A stretch of 64,000 nucleotides of DNA from Rhodosorus marinus CCMP1338 (GCA_029953675.1 JAMWBK010000006.1:2046001-2110000); one strand, 5' to 3'. Numbered from the stretch's first letter, positions 37,801 to 55,602 are shown. The notes: generated by a model from the sequence alone, not told the origin. Translations and numbers: made by a program.

Positions 37801-39946
37801 CACTTGAAAGTGATATTGCACCGCTCGTGGAAATTGTCAAGACAAAAGCATTGCGTGATTGCCTTTTCGCTGGCGTCGGGTACGTTCACGAGGCTCTGGC
37901 AGACGGAGATCGTGAAATCGTGGAGAAGCTCTTCGTCTCTGGCGCTATCCAGGTTTGCCTTCGGCTCGTAAATATCATAGCATGAGTTGGTTTGTTTGAT
38001 CGGAAGCTAACCCCTGGGATTGGAACAGGTTGTGGTTGGGACGCCAGGTTCAAGCTGGACTTCGTCAGCTATTTATGGAAAACTAGTGATCGTCGCAGGC
38101 ACCGCTGAGGAGGAATCGACAAGCGCCTTGCACAGGTCGGAATATCCTTTGTCAGAGGTCATGCACATGATGGGTCGCGCAGGGAGGCCCAAGGTGGATT
38201 CAAGCGGAGTGTGCGTGGTGTTGACCAGCCCCTCTCAAAGGGAGCATTATCGCAAGTTTCTTGGGGAGCCCCTTCCGGTTGAGTCTCATCTTGATCTCGT
38301 ACTAGCCGATCAGCTGAATGCCGAAATAGTTGCAAGAGTCATTGAGACGAAGCAGGATGCGGTGGACTACATGACGTGGACACTTTTCTATCGGTACGCT
38401 TAGCCCACATGCATGCGTTCATCGCCGCGGACCTAACTGCCGAGGCCCTTTCTCTTCACGTCGATAGACGACTTCCGCAGAATCCAAACTATTACAACAT
38501 GCATGGCACCTCTCATCACCATATTTCAGATCACCTATCGGAGTTGATAGAAAGCGCCTTGGAGGACTTGGAGCAATGTAGATGCGTTGCATCCGAAGGA
38601 GATCTGGATATGGCCCTCGGACCGCTCAATCTCGGTATGCACACGAATCCCGGGCGTGCTTAGAATCTGCAAGTCAATCTAAGTTTATACTTTGTTCCAC
38701 CAGGAATGGTTGCTGCGTACTATTACATCAAGTACACAACAGTGGAAAGGTTCGCCTCCTGGATTCTACCGAAGACCAGGAATCGGGGCCTCTTAGAAGT
38801 CCTCTCCAGAGCGAAGGAGTTTGACGAAGTTCCTGTTCGCCTTGGGGACGACGACGCCTTTAGAAAAATAGCGGCACACGTCCCGATTGCGTTGGGTTCA
38901 GAAAATGAGGTTTTGAGGTAGGACATTTAGGCTAACAGAGCTGTGGAGAATAGCACCGAGCTGAAACTGATTATGTGGATCTAAACCAGGTACTCAAACC
39001 CACACGTGAAGACACATCTTCTGCTGCAGACCCACTTTTCGAGGATGGGCATCGCTGGGGAACTTAAGGAGGATCGAGAGGCAGTTGTGAGAAACTCTCT
39101 GAGACTGGTTCAGGCGATGGTCGACGTCACCAGCTCTGCCGGCTGGTTGAAGCCAGCTCTTGCAGCGATGGAATTGAGTCAGATGGTATGTACTATTATA
39201 AAAAAAATTTGGACTAATAGTTCCAGGAGAGAGTATCTCACCACTCGGCCTCTCACCCGCAGATCGTTCAAGCGTTGTGGAGCAAGGACTCTCCACTACT
39301 TCAGTTGCCTCATATTGACAGCAACAAAGCCCTGGAATTGGCGAAGCTCGGAGTTGACGGAATATTCCCACTTTTGGACATGGAGGATGATGAACGAGTG
39401 AAAGCGCTCGGCTTGCCTCCCAGAAAACTTGCTGACCTTGCGGAAGCGTGTAACCAATATCCCAGCGTCGAGATGGATTACAAGGTGCAGCAGACGACAG
39501 TGGCTGCGGGAGATTCGGTGAGGTTGATTGCCCTGTTCCGCGTACAGGATCCTCTTCTAAACAAGCTTCTATGGTGACTCTGGTCTGCACAGGTGCTGGT
39601 GAAGGTGCAAGTTTCTAGGGACGTCGATGAAGACGAAGATGAGGAGAGAGACCAAAAGAGGGCACCACTTGTTCACGCACCACACTTCCCGAAGCAGAAG
39701 GAAGAGGGATGGTGGTTAGTGGTGGGTGAAGCCGAATCGAATACTCTACTTTCTGTCAAGAGGGTGGTGTTTGGAGACAGCACAAAGACGAAGCTTGAGT
39801 TCACAGCCCCGCAAGGAGAACCTCGGAAGTACAATCTGAGCCTGTACCTGATGAGCGATTCCTATCTTGGATGCGATCTTGAGGAGAACTTCGAACTAGA
39901 CATAACCCCAGTTGTGGAACGGGACGAGCCTGCGAAAGCCGAATAG
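31884..39946 (+). CDS. BRR2: U5 snRNP 200-kDa helicase (BRR2/SNRNP200), many exons
   Basis: [13 protein letters not shown]; two Ski2-like cassettes ([24 protein letters not shown]; then APAGSGR, DDVH), two Sec63 units, and C-terminal [10 protein letters not shown]...[12 protein letters not shown]. Confidence 0.98.
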
Positions 39947-40281
39947 GCCATCCCGCAATAGAAACCCCCTCCTTTGTGCAGTGTACTTTGATAAATAACC
40001 AACAAGTGTTTATACGAGTGAAAAAGAAAAGAAGATAAGACAAAGGAGGACATGAGCAGAAGCGCGATCTAGCCGGTGCTAAGCCAAACCAGATCAAGCC
40101 AGCCAAGAAGATCTGCGGAGCATAGGACTAGCAAATTCGTACCGACCAGAACAGTTCAGCGATATGCTTTCTCACCAGACTCAATCATTCGCACACCAGC
40201 GGTTTGGTAGAAGATCCCAAGATCGCCTTAGGAAAAGCCTGCTGAGGCGTGAAATGCCTGGGGAGTCTTAACTGATTCCAA

Positions 40282-40327
40282 AGTCAAACTGGATAAAGGG
40301 ATAGAGTCAAACTGGATAAAGGGATAG
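40282..40327. repeat. Perfect 23-bp tandem duplication
   Basis: AGTCAAACTGGATAAAGGGATAG twice (40282-40304, 40305-40327), about 140 nt upstream of the FAN-like ATG. Confidence 0.9.
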
Positions 40328-40463
40328 ACTCAGTTCCCGTTTTGCACTGGACATGTCCAACATAGAAGCTACCGTCATGGGTAGTTGAATGAACTGTGGC
40401 TGCCTTTTTAAGGTGAAGGAGATGGGCATACTCCTCCTCCAGTCTTCGTGAATCGGGAACTCG

Positions 40464-44893
<4,430 letters not shown>

Positions 44894-45133
44894 AACCGTA
44901 CTGCCACTGGAGACGAGGTCTTTCCCGTGAACAAATGCTAGTATAAAAGGGACAGTAAAGTCTGTCGCCATTGCTGATTTTCTATTTTGCAGCCATAACC
45001 GCACGCCAAGAACTTGTTTTAATCACACCGGCAAACTCGTGTGGATACAGACAACCAAAACCTAGTTTCCAAACGAAAACTCGACGACACTCTGCGCTGC
45101 CGCCCTTGCCTTTCAAAAATCTTGATGGAAACC

Positions 45134-47048
45134 CTAAACTCCAGTCTCAATCCACTGAATGCCATGCTCAACGATCTTCGTCATGCTTGTCTCTGGCCCG
45201 TAGACCATGATCGGGATCTCGATCTCCTCTCCCAACTCCTCCATGAGCCTAAGACCAGTCTTATAGTTCGGACCGCCTCTCCTCACAAAAATTTTCGCCT
45301 TCGCCGCCTCCAGTTTACCTTTAACATCCTTAATCGCTTGAATAATTCCAGTAAAAGTCGCCGCAACATCAGTAAAGTTCGCAACTCCACCTGCAGAGCC
45401 CACCACAGTAAAAGGCGTTTTTAGGAAATTAACCACACAACATTAAAGCTAATCATCAAGTTACACAGCCAGAGGAGAATAGCAATAAACCAGTCTGACT
45501 GCTTCACCGAGAGAACACGTTCTCCGGGCTTGGAAAACCCGGCAGGCTGCTACGAGGTACATTTCTCTTGTTGGGCAACAGGCTCACCGCCTATTAACAG
45601 AGCAGTGCGCTTATCTTGATTCACGACCGCCAAGCTCAGTAACGTCTTCGCGAACAAGTAGGTTTCCTGTTCCTTAGGATTGCCGCTGTATTCTGCGTAG
45701 TTTCCGAGCTCATTTCCGTATCCAAGGTCTACCACTGTATCTGAGTAGATCACACTAGCACCGCCTCCAGCCACCATCGTCCACAGGTGTCCTTTAGGGT
45801 TGAGCACGGACAGCTTCAGCGAGGCTCCAGACTTCTCATCCAGGGATGAAATATACCTATCATAATCAAGAAGTTTTCGCTTGGTCAGCTCCTAGTGCAC
45901 TAGCCCAAGCTTGGTGGCTCTGACTCCTCTCCGCCCAATCTATGTTGAGGAAGCAACTCAAGCTGAACAGGTATGATCTGTTCTGCAGAGGGAAACCATC
46001 GCACGACGTATTCATCCATATAGGTTTTTGTGCGGTTCGGCTAATTTCTTCGTACCGCTCGTCTTCATCCTTCACCCTTCCCCAGGACTCTGGAAAGACG
46101 ACATGACTCCAATTTTTGGCTTGACGAAAGTGCGCGTAGCCGTCGACTTCCACACGGACATCGAGAATCGCGGGAGTGTTCTGAGACCTATCGATTGTGA
46201 AGGGATTCATCTCGATCAATGTGCAGTCGTTCTCAACGTAGGCCTGGTATACTCCCGCAACAAACTTCTCGAGCAGGGGTGCATCCGCTTGTACAACGTC
46301 AGCTGATAACAGAAGGGAATGGATCTCTTCCGAACGAAACTCGTCTGCAAAAGATTCATTGTCGGAGTGAGGCTTAATTCAAAATCTATTCAAGACGGTC
46401 TGATGCATCTCTTGGTCACTACCCGGGAACGATGGGGATACTTCTCACCTCCGGGAGAAACGAGAACGCTCTTAACGCGATCCCAGTTCTCCTCGATCTC
46501 CATTCCTCCAGTACAGCTGAAAGATATGAGATCGCCTTCGCGTTGGGTTTGAACACACAGGTAGTATTCTTCATCATGCGGGAGGAACGGCTCCACCACA
46601 AAGTGAGTAAGCTTGCCTGTCACGCCTCCTACCTCAACCTTTTTCGTGTTGGTTCACAATTCAGAGGGGAAAACGCAATTTATGGAACTGTCAGCTGTGG
46701 ATGGGGAGTCTGTCAGCCAGCGGCTGTATAGAACGATCAAGATCCTTGAGCTGGAACACAAACCTCAGAATGCATTCTGTCGAGGATAAACTCCACGGCC
46801 TGATCAACGTTAGCATTGAGCAAAACCAGGTTGTTCTTGCCGCGCTTCCCGAACAACATGTCCGGTTTTACCACAAGCGGAACTTCACCGAACCACGGGT
46901 ACAACTTGAGCAAATTCTCCTTGTTGATTGATCCCGATTCATCTGACACCTGAGCAATCTTGAGCAGCAGATCCAGTCCGATTCCCCGCTTCAACGCAGC
47001 AGCAATCATTCGCTTGCCGTCGAACTCTCTGATCTTCTTTCGAGCCAT
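45134..47048 (-). CDS. ACLA: ATP-citrate lyase subunit A (succinyl-CoA synthetase beta-like half of the two-subunit plant/fungal enzyme)
   Basis: [12 protein letters not shown]; [18 protein letters not shown]; FVVEPFLPH; [23 protein letters not shown]; [13 protein letters not shown]; RRGGPNY; VYGPE. Confidence 0.95.
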
Positions 47049-47407
47049 TTCTTCTTCCAAAAATCCTTCCAAGAAAGTGAAAACAAGTAGGAGAAACAAA
47101 AGAAACTCACAGATCCGCTTACTTCTCTTTCAGCCGCCTCTTACACAGATACTTTCCAATATCCTTCTCTTATCAAACCTGCTCAAAAGATCTCCGAACG
47201 CCATTTTGAATTCCATCCCCACAAACGCAATCATCATTGTCGCCCTTAAAAAATCCCCGAAAATCCAACTTTCCATCCACAGCGAATCAAGCTCAATCAC
47301 CCTGAAACAAACAAAATTTTAGAATATCCAAGTCTAAATCAAAATAAATAGTTTCTACATTAAAGACCTTTGGATGAATTTTATTTTGATTTAATATTAT
47401 ATCTGGG

Positions 47408-48157
47408 ATGTTTGGATCTTTAGCCTGGAGTAAGACCAAATTGGGCTGCCGGTTCTTTTTATGTACTACAAGTATCTAAATTTGTGTAGAGAACGGATTC
47501 TGGTTGACAAGGAGGTAAGTTTTGGAAGTACAGCTTAGTTTAGGCAAAACAGTTATCTAGATTTGTATTGCTTTGTGTAGGCCTGGGCTTCACAAGGCTG
47601 TTCAGGTAGCTGACAGCATTCCCGTCCGTGAAAGCTGCAGCTTTGCTGGGTTCTCTGAAGCCCAGCAGGAATTACCGCTGACGGTGATTAATTCCTCACA
47701 CGGTCCCGAAGTACTTCAGAAGGTCTCTACTGTTAGCTCCTCGTGAACCATTCACAAAAGGAGTTTTATTGGATTGGAACACCCACATTGAATCTGTCTA
47801 TGGGTTCCGACAGCCGTAAACAGTTGGGTTTTTCTCGTTTCAGGGCCAGTTCGTTCTTGAGGAACCTCAGCATTTGTATATAAATAAGAGGAACAAACCG
47901 TTGAGCAGTAGAGACCAAAGTCAACCGTTCACTACTGCTTGGGATTGTGATTCTACCCGACTTCTTGGCGGTCGTCGGAATCTGAATTCAGCTGGCAACT
48001 GCTGCTCAGCCATGCTAAAAAGCTTCGGTACCTTTTGTCATAAGCGCCTGCGTTGGATTTGCTTTTGGTTGATTCAGGATTCCGCATTCACTGGAGAACG
48101 AATTTGTGGCCAGAGAATCCGGCTAAGTACACCAACCTGGTCACGAGAATGTTTTGA
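47408..48157 (+). other. Probable small multi-exon gene of unknown function between ACLA and SQD2
   Basis: ATG 47408 then GTAAGA..GTAG and GTAAGT..GTAG introns give MFGSLAWKNGFWLTRRPGLHKAVQ... (organellar-presequence-like). Later exon-like frames end GFRIHWRTNLWPENPAKYTNLVTRMF*. Middle not resolved. Confidence 0.3.
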
Positions 48158-48379
48158 ATTTAAATCTTCCCGGTCTTGCCGATTGTTTTATCAATAAATC
48201 ACAGTTCTCAAGCAGGAGAGGGTAGACAAACCCCAGCTGTTAGTATCACAGGGTATCAGCTAGCCCCTCACCTACTTCATCCCTTCATCTCTTACGACCC
48301 ACCATTCTGGGAATTGCAGGTACATCATATCCTGGGCTAGGCAAATGTCGTCTACAATCCTGAGAGTGGCACGACTCCC

Positions 48380-49991
48380 TTAATACTGCATTGCCGCTTT
48401 CTTGACTCTTTGTGTCAACAACACAAAAAGCATTACCATCCGCCGCCGGATCCACCGGAACCAAGAAAGGCTTCTAGGCAGTCCTAAGCCCCAGAGAGCG
48501 CGGAACTTGAAACTGCTAATCGCTCGTCCGTAATGGAAATTTCTAGTTACTGACGTGGAAGCCTTCCAGCTCCATTTTTCGGATTCCGACCTGGCCTTCT
48601 TGCTCATGGTTTCTCGCAGCTTAGCATCGTACAGTATCTTGCGTACATAGTCCACCACCTGGTCTGTACTACCAGGTTCGAAAAGGTATCCAGTCCTCTC
48701 ATGTTGAATGAGGTCCGGAATACCACCTGCCCTCGCGCCAACGACAGGCACACCGCTGGCCATTGATTCCATCACCACGAATCCGAGCGTTTCAGATTCA
48801 GAGGGCATGACAAAAACGTCTGCTGAAGCGAAAGCCTTGGAAAGCTCTTCTCCTTGTAGGAGTCCAGCGAAATACGTTTTGGTGCCCGCGAAGAGTTCCT
48901 CCAGTGTAGTACGGTAGGGCCCATCACCTACGAAAGCAAGTCGCGTATTCGATGGTAGCTTCGCCATTACTGCCTTCAGAGCTTGCAAGTTCTTCTCTGC
49001 ACCAAGGCGACCCTGTTCCATTGAAAAGGCGTTCAAGCACGTGGTTAGGGAGGTTTTCAATAGAGGACATGCGACTTAGTCTCGGCGAGGTGTGCTTACG
49101 ACATAGATCAACAAGTTGTCTTGCGGGTTGCCTCCACTTAATCGGCTCCTCATCGCCTCGCTCTTGAATTTCGGGTTGAAGACATTGGTGTTAACTCCTT
49201 TCGGCCATAGGCCTACTCGCTGGACGCCATGCTGTCTCAGCTCGTTGCAAAGCTGTGGGCTCGTGGCCAGAGTTGCATCTGCTCTGTTGTGGCAGACCTT
49301 GATCAACCACCAGGCCAAGCCTACGCTGTACCACATTCCATACGTCATTGCGTAATGCGGAAGATGAGTATGATAGGAGAAAATCAAAGGTTTTCTCAGG
49401 AGCCTTGCATAGACCAAGATAGCAAAGGTCATCAATCCCGGAGTTGAAAGGTGGATTATGTCCGGTTTGAAATCTCTCAGAGGAGAATAAACTCCCCACA
49501 GACCTAACGACACTTGAATTTTATCATACAGAGGAAATTTGAAACCTGCACGAAAAGAGACATGGTATCCATTGTCAGAGCTCTTCCCTCTTAAAATCTG
49601 ATGAACATCGGATACCAAACTCGAAGATAGACGCCTTACCAGGAACATTCTGAACCTTTGCTCCCATGTACTCGGACGGGGCGTTCTCCGAGTTGTCCGG
49701 ACAGATGATTAACACGTCATCACCCGCTTTAGTTAAGTGCTCAATGTGAGTCTTGAACCGATTGGAGTAACCAGAGACGTGGGTGAAAGGAGTTGGTTCT
49801 ACGACGATCGCAATTCTCTTCCTCGCCCCTTGAGCCACAACAATCTGCTCATCGTCCTCTACAGAATCCATAGCTATTTTCGCCTGTCCAGCCGATGCAC
49901 TCGTCCCCACCCTGACCCTTGACTGTTTACAGAATCTCCCCGCTCGAGACCTCCGGACCACCGGCGTCGAAGATAAGACAAACCCGACCAT
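48380..49991 (-). CDS. SQD2: Sulfoquinovosyltransferase (SQDG synthase, GT4), plastid-targeted, 3 exons
   Basis: RIAIVVEPTPFTHVSGYSNRF; FKPDIIHLSTPG; SYHTHLPHY; GRLGAEKN; ADVFVMPSESETLGFVVMESMASG. Confidence 0.93.
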
Positions 49992-50603
49992 TCTCTACCC
50001 TCAACCCGCACCCCCAAACGCAAAAACCACGCCCCGCCAAGACAAACCAAAACCCAAACCCACTACTAACAAACAATCATTCACAACTCCTTACCTCAAC
50101 AGGTCAGCTCACACCCTTGAAACCCTGGAAAGATTCTCACTCCCAAACCCTCCCTCCGAAAGGAATGAGCAGTGTAGGCAACTATCCCTCCCTTCCCCAC
50201 CACCCTCTCACCCCCATTAACGCCTCCCACACTCGCCTTCCCTTTTGATAGCAACAACACCTCCCCCAAGCACCCAATGTAGAAAACAAGAAGAAAAAAA
50301 CAATCCCTCCAAAATGAGTCATTTTTCAATCCGTCTTTTATAAACCTTCCAATAGATCAAATATTAAATCAAATCAAGTTACACGATCTTACCTCTCTTA
50401 TTCATTGCCAGCCAATCCAAACAACCCGATCAGCCACCCTCCGGAGTCTCACATCGAACAGATCAATTCATGCTTTTCTCTCGATTACACTAAAAGCCAT
50501 GTTTTCAAAATATAAATTACTTAGATCAATCTATAACAGGCCTGGCGACTCTCGAAATCTATGGATTGGAGCATATATCAATCAATAAAGAATCTTATTA
50601 TAA

Positions 50604-51107
50604 CCAATCATTTTCATTACCTCTCGCTTTTTGATTGGGGAGTAACGTCCGGGAACCATTTTTTTGGTTCGTCTTTTTTTGAATATATGCTGGGTCCCTA
50701 ATGAGTGGTTCAGGTTGGGCTGCAGATGGTTCCCCCCCTGGCAAATTCGTCGTGGGTTGGGAATCTCTTAGTATTAGAATATTTGATTCTCTATTTGGTG
50801 TCCGTTAAGGCGAGGTAGGGGGGGGGGGGAGGAGAAGTGGGAACAATATCGAGCAAGGGATAGTCAATGTTTTACACAAAATTTAAGAGAATTGGACTGT
50901 ATTTTTTTTGGTCCAATCATAAGATATCTGAGAGGATTCCCTTGCCGCCAGTTAACGAATAGAGTTCTGACACGAGGCTTTCACTGGTTTTGATGACGAG
51001 GCATGTCTTGCCAGACGTCCTAAGTTCTTGCTAGACGATCGGCCTTTGAACGTAAAATTCCGCTCGGCGACACCGTGAAATTTTGGCTGGTCTAGGGTAT
51101 TGATTGG
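50604..51107. promoter_or_regulatory. CCAAT-box cluster upstream of SQD2
   Basis: CCAATCA at 50604 and 50913; TGATTGG at 50632 and 51101. They lie within about 0.6-1.1 kb of the SQD2 start. Confidence 0.4.
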
Positions 51108-51652
51108 TTGGACATTTGCATTCAGAGATTGATGTGAAGATTCCCTCTGAAACTGAGGAGATTGAGAAGAGAATCACACATCATAGCAATGGTTATTTAT
51201 ACTGCTCTATTAGAGCGCGTTCGGGCTCTTTCACGAGAGCGACTTCCTTGCGAATCCTCGAGCAAAACAAGATCAGGAGAGGCCATCTTTCATTGCGAGA
51301 GACTCCTGAAGGGGACCCTGACAAGGAGCTTCTAACACTTGAAGCTGTAATCAGATTTTTAATCATTCATGGCTAAGGGGGTTGAAAATCCGTTAATATT
51401 TCGGATCGTGTTTCTACTAATAATACTGGTATTAAATATATATATGGCAAAAAAGGGTTTACGAGGATTGCTTTTTGCCAAAGGCCTTTCTTCGTTAGGA
51501 TTCATTTTTCTTTGGTTTTCCATCAATTTTAATCAACCCCGTTCGCACCACCGCTTTACACTTTTTTCACATCAGTTTCTTATCATGCATTTTTGTTAAC
51601 GTTCATGGCGATTTACAGAAACGTCGTTAGAGTTGAGGACACACGTAATCAA

Positions 51653-51775
51653 CGTCTTCGTTCCCCCGCTTCCCAGGCCAAGTTAGTCTCCGAAACTACG
51701 GAAACCTAGAAACGTTGTTAGAAGCGCGTCGCCAGCGTCTTCGTTCCCGCTTCTCAGGCAGGATAAGTCTCTGAA
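51653..51775. repeat. Degenerate direct repeat, two copies of about 42 bp
   Basis: CGTCTTCGTTCCCCCGCTTCCCAGGCCAAGTTAGTCTCCGAA (51653) versus CGTCTTCGTTCCCGCTTCTCAGGCAGGATAAGTCTCTGAA (51736). Confidence 0.7.
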
Positions 51776-52018
51776 GAGCAGCGAGGTCCCGAAAGTCCTG
51801 CCCTTCTCAAGACCCTGAGCTCCAAAGTTGATTGCTAGTCATAATAATTCAATCAATTTTTTCCCGCTCATCCTCAGCAAATGTCACACAAAAACAAACA
51901 GTTGGGCAGGCTGTCCTATACGAGTTCTCCGGAAATATTACAAAAAAAGAATCGTTTTCTGGTCCTCTTTCATACGTTTTACATTTTGTATTGGTGGTAT
52001 AACTTTATATGGTATACG

Positions 52019-52771
52019 TTACGTCACAGTGGTCCCATCGGACCTTTTTGTAAGATTGTTTGAGCCTGTACGAATTAGTACGCCCTCAATTTGTCCTTTG
52101 AGGTCCTGAACACTCAACGTCAGGATGCGAGCGGGCTGGCAGGGACCCTCCGACATCTGGTTGAGGCCCTATAGAGAACTGCTTAAGGCTCACTGGTGAT
52201 TTGCTGTTATGGCTGATTTCATTCCTGTGGAGCATCGAAGGGTACCATTATGCTTTCAAAGTCTACCCCATCCAGTAGTTCATTGTTGCACTGCTTTTCA
52301 AGGTCAGGCCGTCTACACAAAAGCCGGATTCTCCGTTACTAGTGGTGAAACGGCTATATAGAGCGAACGTTTTCTGAAGACATGAGTTTGCAAACTGCAA
52401 TACCCCACATGGAGACAGTTTTCAGAGAGCGAAGACTCGTACACCTCCCCATCGCACCGCACATCTTGATTGGCCCAAACGGCCTCGCTGTTTCGTTGAA
52501 CTCGCTCACCTTCTCGAGAGACCCAGAATAAGGTCTCCACTAACGACATAATCTCATGGTCACGAGCGTCGAGAAAGCTGCTTGTCGAACATGGAGAGCG
52601 TTTATTTGCCTGCCAGCCACCACGCTCTATCAGTTGTTCCCTGTCGACGAGAACCGTTGAATGTGCGAACGCTAAATGTTTTTTTTGGTTCGATTCTACA
52701 ATCTTACCCAATTTAGCCAGCTCGGACGCCGCATGTCCTGGTGTTGTACAGCCCACAGAGTGTAGACACAT
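52019..52771 (-). other. Probable multi-exon gene or pseudogene of unknown function
   Basis: GTAAG, GTGAG and GTAG donors with CAG/TAG acceptors flank exon-like frames (FLDARDHEIMSLVETLFWVSRE; DGLTLKSSATMNYWMG; GLNQMSEGPCQPARILTLSVQDLKGQIEGVLIRTGSNNL). Confidence 0.3.
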
Positions 52772-53359
52772 CCCGCGCAAACTTGTATCAATTAAAAATA
52801 ACTTACAAATAATTACTAAAAAAATATGTAAGCGTTATCAGTACCGATCAGTATTGTGGAGTAGTGATACTTTATATCGTACAATTGTTCTTTGGACGCT
52901 TTCATAGATCATAATTTCTTCACCCCCCCCGGCCCCATATCCGCCACCCGTTGGAAAATAGGCATGTATACCTAAAAAGTGTACTAATATAGAATATGTT
53001 GGAACCGGATGACTCTAGAGCAGGGGATCTTGGCATGAAGTTATGTATTCTATCGAACAACTACATATACGATAGGAAAAATCAGTTGTAACTCATTTTT
53101 CCCTATCGTACAATGGGTTTCACAAGTGTTTGTTCAAGGAACGCTTATTCAAGCTATGAACTTGTGGAAGGTGAGGGTGACTTCAAACTTGAATTTCAAT
53201 TGTAGTCAGCTCTCCCCCCAAAGCCCCTCAGGTGCCAACGGCTTCAGTTGCGAAGGAATCTTAAATTCCAACAGTTTCTGGGTACATTCCATCGGAACAA
53301 TTTTGCTTCCCTTTACCCGTTGCTTAAAATCGAAAACCAATGATTCGTATCCATTGTAA

Positions 53360-53386
53360 GGGGTGGGGCGTAGGGGAGGGGGCGGG
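53360..53386 (+). other. Putative G-quadruplex-forming sequence
   Basis: GGGG-T-GGGG-CGTA-GGGG-A-GGGGG-C-GGG: five G-runs with loops of 1-4 nt. Confidence 0.6.
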
Positions 53387-54171
53387 AGAGAAATAAAAGG
53401 GCTATAGTTCGATGGATATGATTCCTTGAATTTTTTTGAATTCCGCGATCAAATCGATCGGCCACAACAGAACCATATAAATTGTTTATAGAAAACATAA
53501 ACCACATCAATTCTACTAAAGTTTAAGGGGGGTTGTTGCCGTGATCTGTCCTATCGGGTTATATCATATAACAATACTTAAATGACTTTCTTTTCAATTT
53601 TATGGTCTACTAGTGAAGAGGGTGAAAGGGGTAATTTGATTGACGATCTGGTGGTCCACCTTTTGAGTTGAAAAAGGGGAAGGAGTTTAGAGTTTGCCAT
53701 TTTAAAACCCCTTTGTGTTTCTGGATGGATATTATTTGTTTGATTTTAGGAAAGTTTTCAAGGGGAATTGCGATGTGAAGGAGTCCTGTGGAGGAGGAGG
53801 AAGATTTCCTTAGACAACGGCTTGGGCGGGATATTTTTGGGTTTCGGTTTTGCCCCCGGAGCGGGGGGGGGGGGAGGGGTTGGTTGGTTAATAATTTCAA
53901 CGGTGGGTAAAAAGTTGGGCATTTTGGATTCGCTAGAGCGTGAGTACAAGTGGACAACGAGATGATCAGGATGGGAACGGGTTGAAAGGGGTGGCATTGT
54001 GACGTGTGAGAGTGAGTGGAGTAAGGGAGTGTGACTCGACAAGAGAGGGGAGGACGGCGGGTACTGATGTACTGAGTCATAGTTGACCTGGGTTTTAAGG
54101 CTTTTGGGGTTAGTGAGGTTGTTTTTTTGTCGTGGAGCTCAAGAGTCTGAGGTAGTCCGTTTTCGAAGGGT

Positions 54172-55161
54172 ATGGATTCCGTAATGAATTACGCCAAAGA
54201 GGCAGCGACTTTCTTTGGTGAGGCGGGTGCAGACTGGAGATTCACGCCCGGCGTGACACCGTTTTCGAGCACGTGGATTCCGGTGTCGACTGTGCTGGGT
54301 TACTTCCTGCTGATCCACTTTCTGCAGCAGAAGATGGAGCTGAAGAAGCCGTTTCAGATGCGCGGTCTGCTCATTGCGCACAACGCGTTTCTCTGTCTCG
54401 CGTCCCTGGGTCTGTTCATTTGGCTGTTGGGTACAATTATCTACAGGACCTTCGACCAGGACGCTAATGCTCACTATTTACTCTGTTCTGAGAAAATGCA
54501 CAACAACGGGAGCCTTCATATAATATACTGGCTGAACAATTTGACCAAGTACTGGGAGCTGCTCGATACAGTGTTCTTGGTGCTGAGGAAAAAGCCAGTC
54601 CTGTTCCTTCACGAATATCACCATGGGGCAACGCTGCTCCTGACGTGGTCCCAGCAGAAAGAGCATAGCACTGTGCAGTGGGTCCCTATTCTCCTCAACC
54701 TTGGTGTTCATATCGTGATGTACTACTACTATACCTTGTCGGCGGCGAAGATCCGTACGTCTTGCCCGAACGCGGTACCAGGAAAAGCCGATCTCATACA
54801 AGCTGCTAAACATTCCCGTTTTTGCTTCACTTAACCTTGCAGACGTATGGTGGAAGAAATATCTGACAACTTTGCAGATCGTTCAGTTCGTTGTAGGAGT
54901 CGGTGCTTGCTCTTACTGCTACGGCAAATATTTGCTAAACGGCTTTGACTACAGCCTGTACGTTGAACTTAAAAAATCAAGCTCTGCGGTTGCTCGGAAA
55001 TGGAGTTGCTCATCTATTTGCTCTCTTTTAATCGCAGGTGCTACGGGACTGATGCTGGAGCTGTCACTGGCATTGCAATCTTGGTCTCATACTTGCTCCT
55101 GTTCGTTCGATTCTACTTCCAGACATACACTGCAAAGGGTTCGAAGCAAAAAGTTAACTAG
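54172..55161 (+). CDS. ELO: GNS1/SUR4 (ELO) fatty-acid elongase, 3 exons
   Basis: HNAFLCLASL; KYWELLDTVFLVLRKKP; FLHEYHH histidine box; HIVMYYYY; WWKKYLTTLQIVQF; SYLLLFVRFY; C-terminal KQKVN*. Confidence 0.95.
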
Positions 55162-55602
55162 GTTGTTCCTGTCTTCGATGAGCTTTATTCATAAATCGAT
55201 TAAGCGGAATGGTTTGTCGGGTTTCCAGCACCTATGCTAGCACTATCTAGGTTGAACGCAGACTAAATCGTATCTGCGTTGAATGGAATATGTGGTAGTA
55301 AACAAATGGTCGGAATGCTTTTTCGGAGTTCCGATAGCTTTAAAACACTTTGTCAAAGTTACTTTTATTGTTAGCGATATGCGCATCCATGAGGATGCGG
55401 TCGTTATCTCCCCGTTCCAACCTGTGCACAAGCTGCTCGCGCCTACGTAAATATGCTTCAGTCCATCACTGGTGTTGTTAATATCCTGTCTATCACACAA
55501 ACTCATACAGCCGGAGACCCCGGTTTGTCAATCCCCTCCACACCCACCCCAAGAAAACCCTACTGCTAGGTCATCGTCGTTGGAGCGTCGACGACGAGCA
55601 GT

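Noticed and set aside
38142-38150. ATATCCTTT, a U12-type 5' splice-site look-alike in BRR2
   Set aside because: It lies in conserved coding sequence (SEYPLSEV); no intron is needed there.
52313-52780. Tyrosine-recombinase-like words (AASELAKLG...ERGGW) in the ORF
   Set aside because: The HxxR motif and catalytic Tyr are missing, the spacing is wrong, and the ORF reads through introns.
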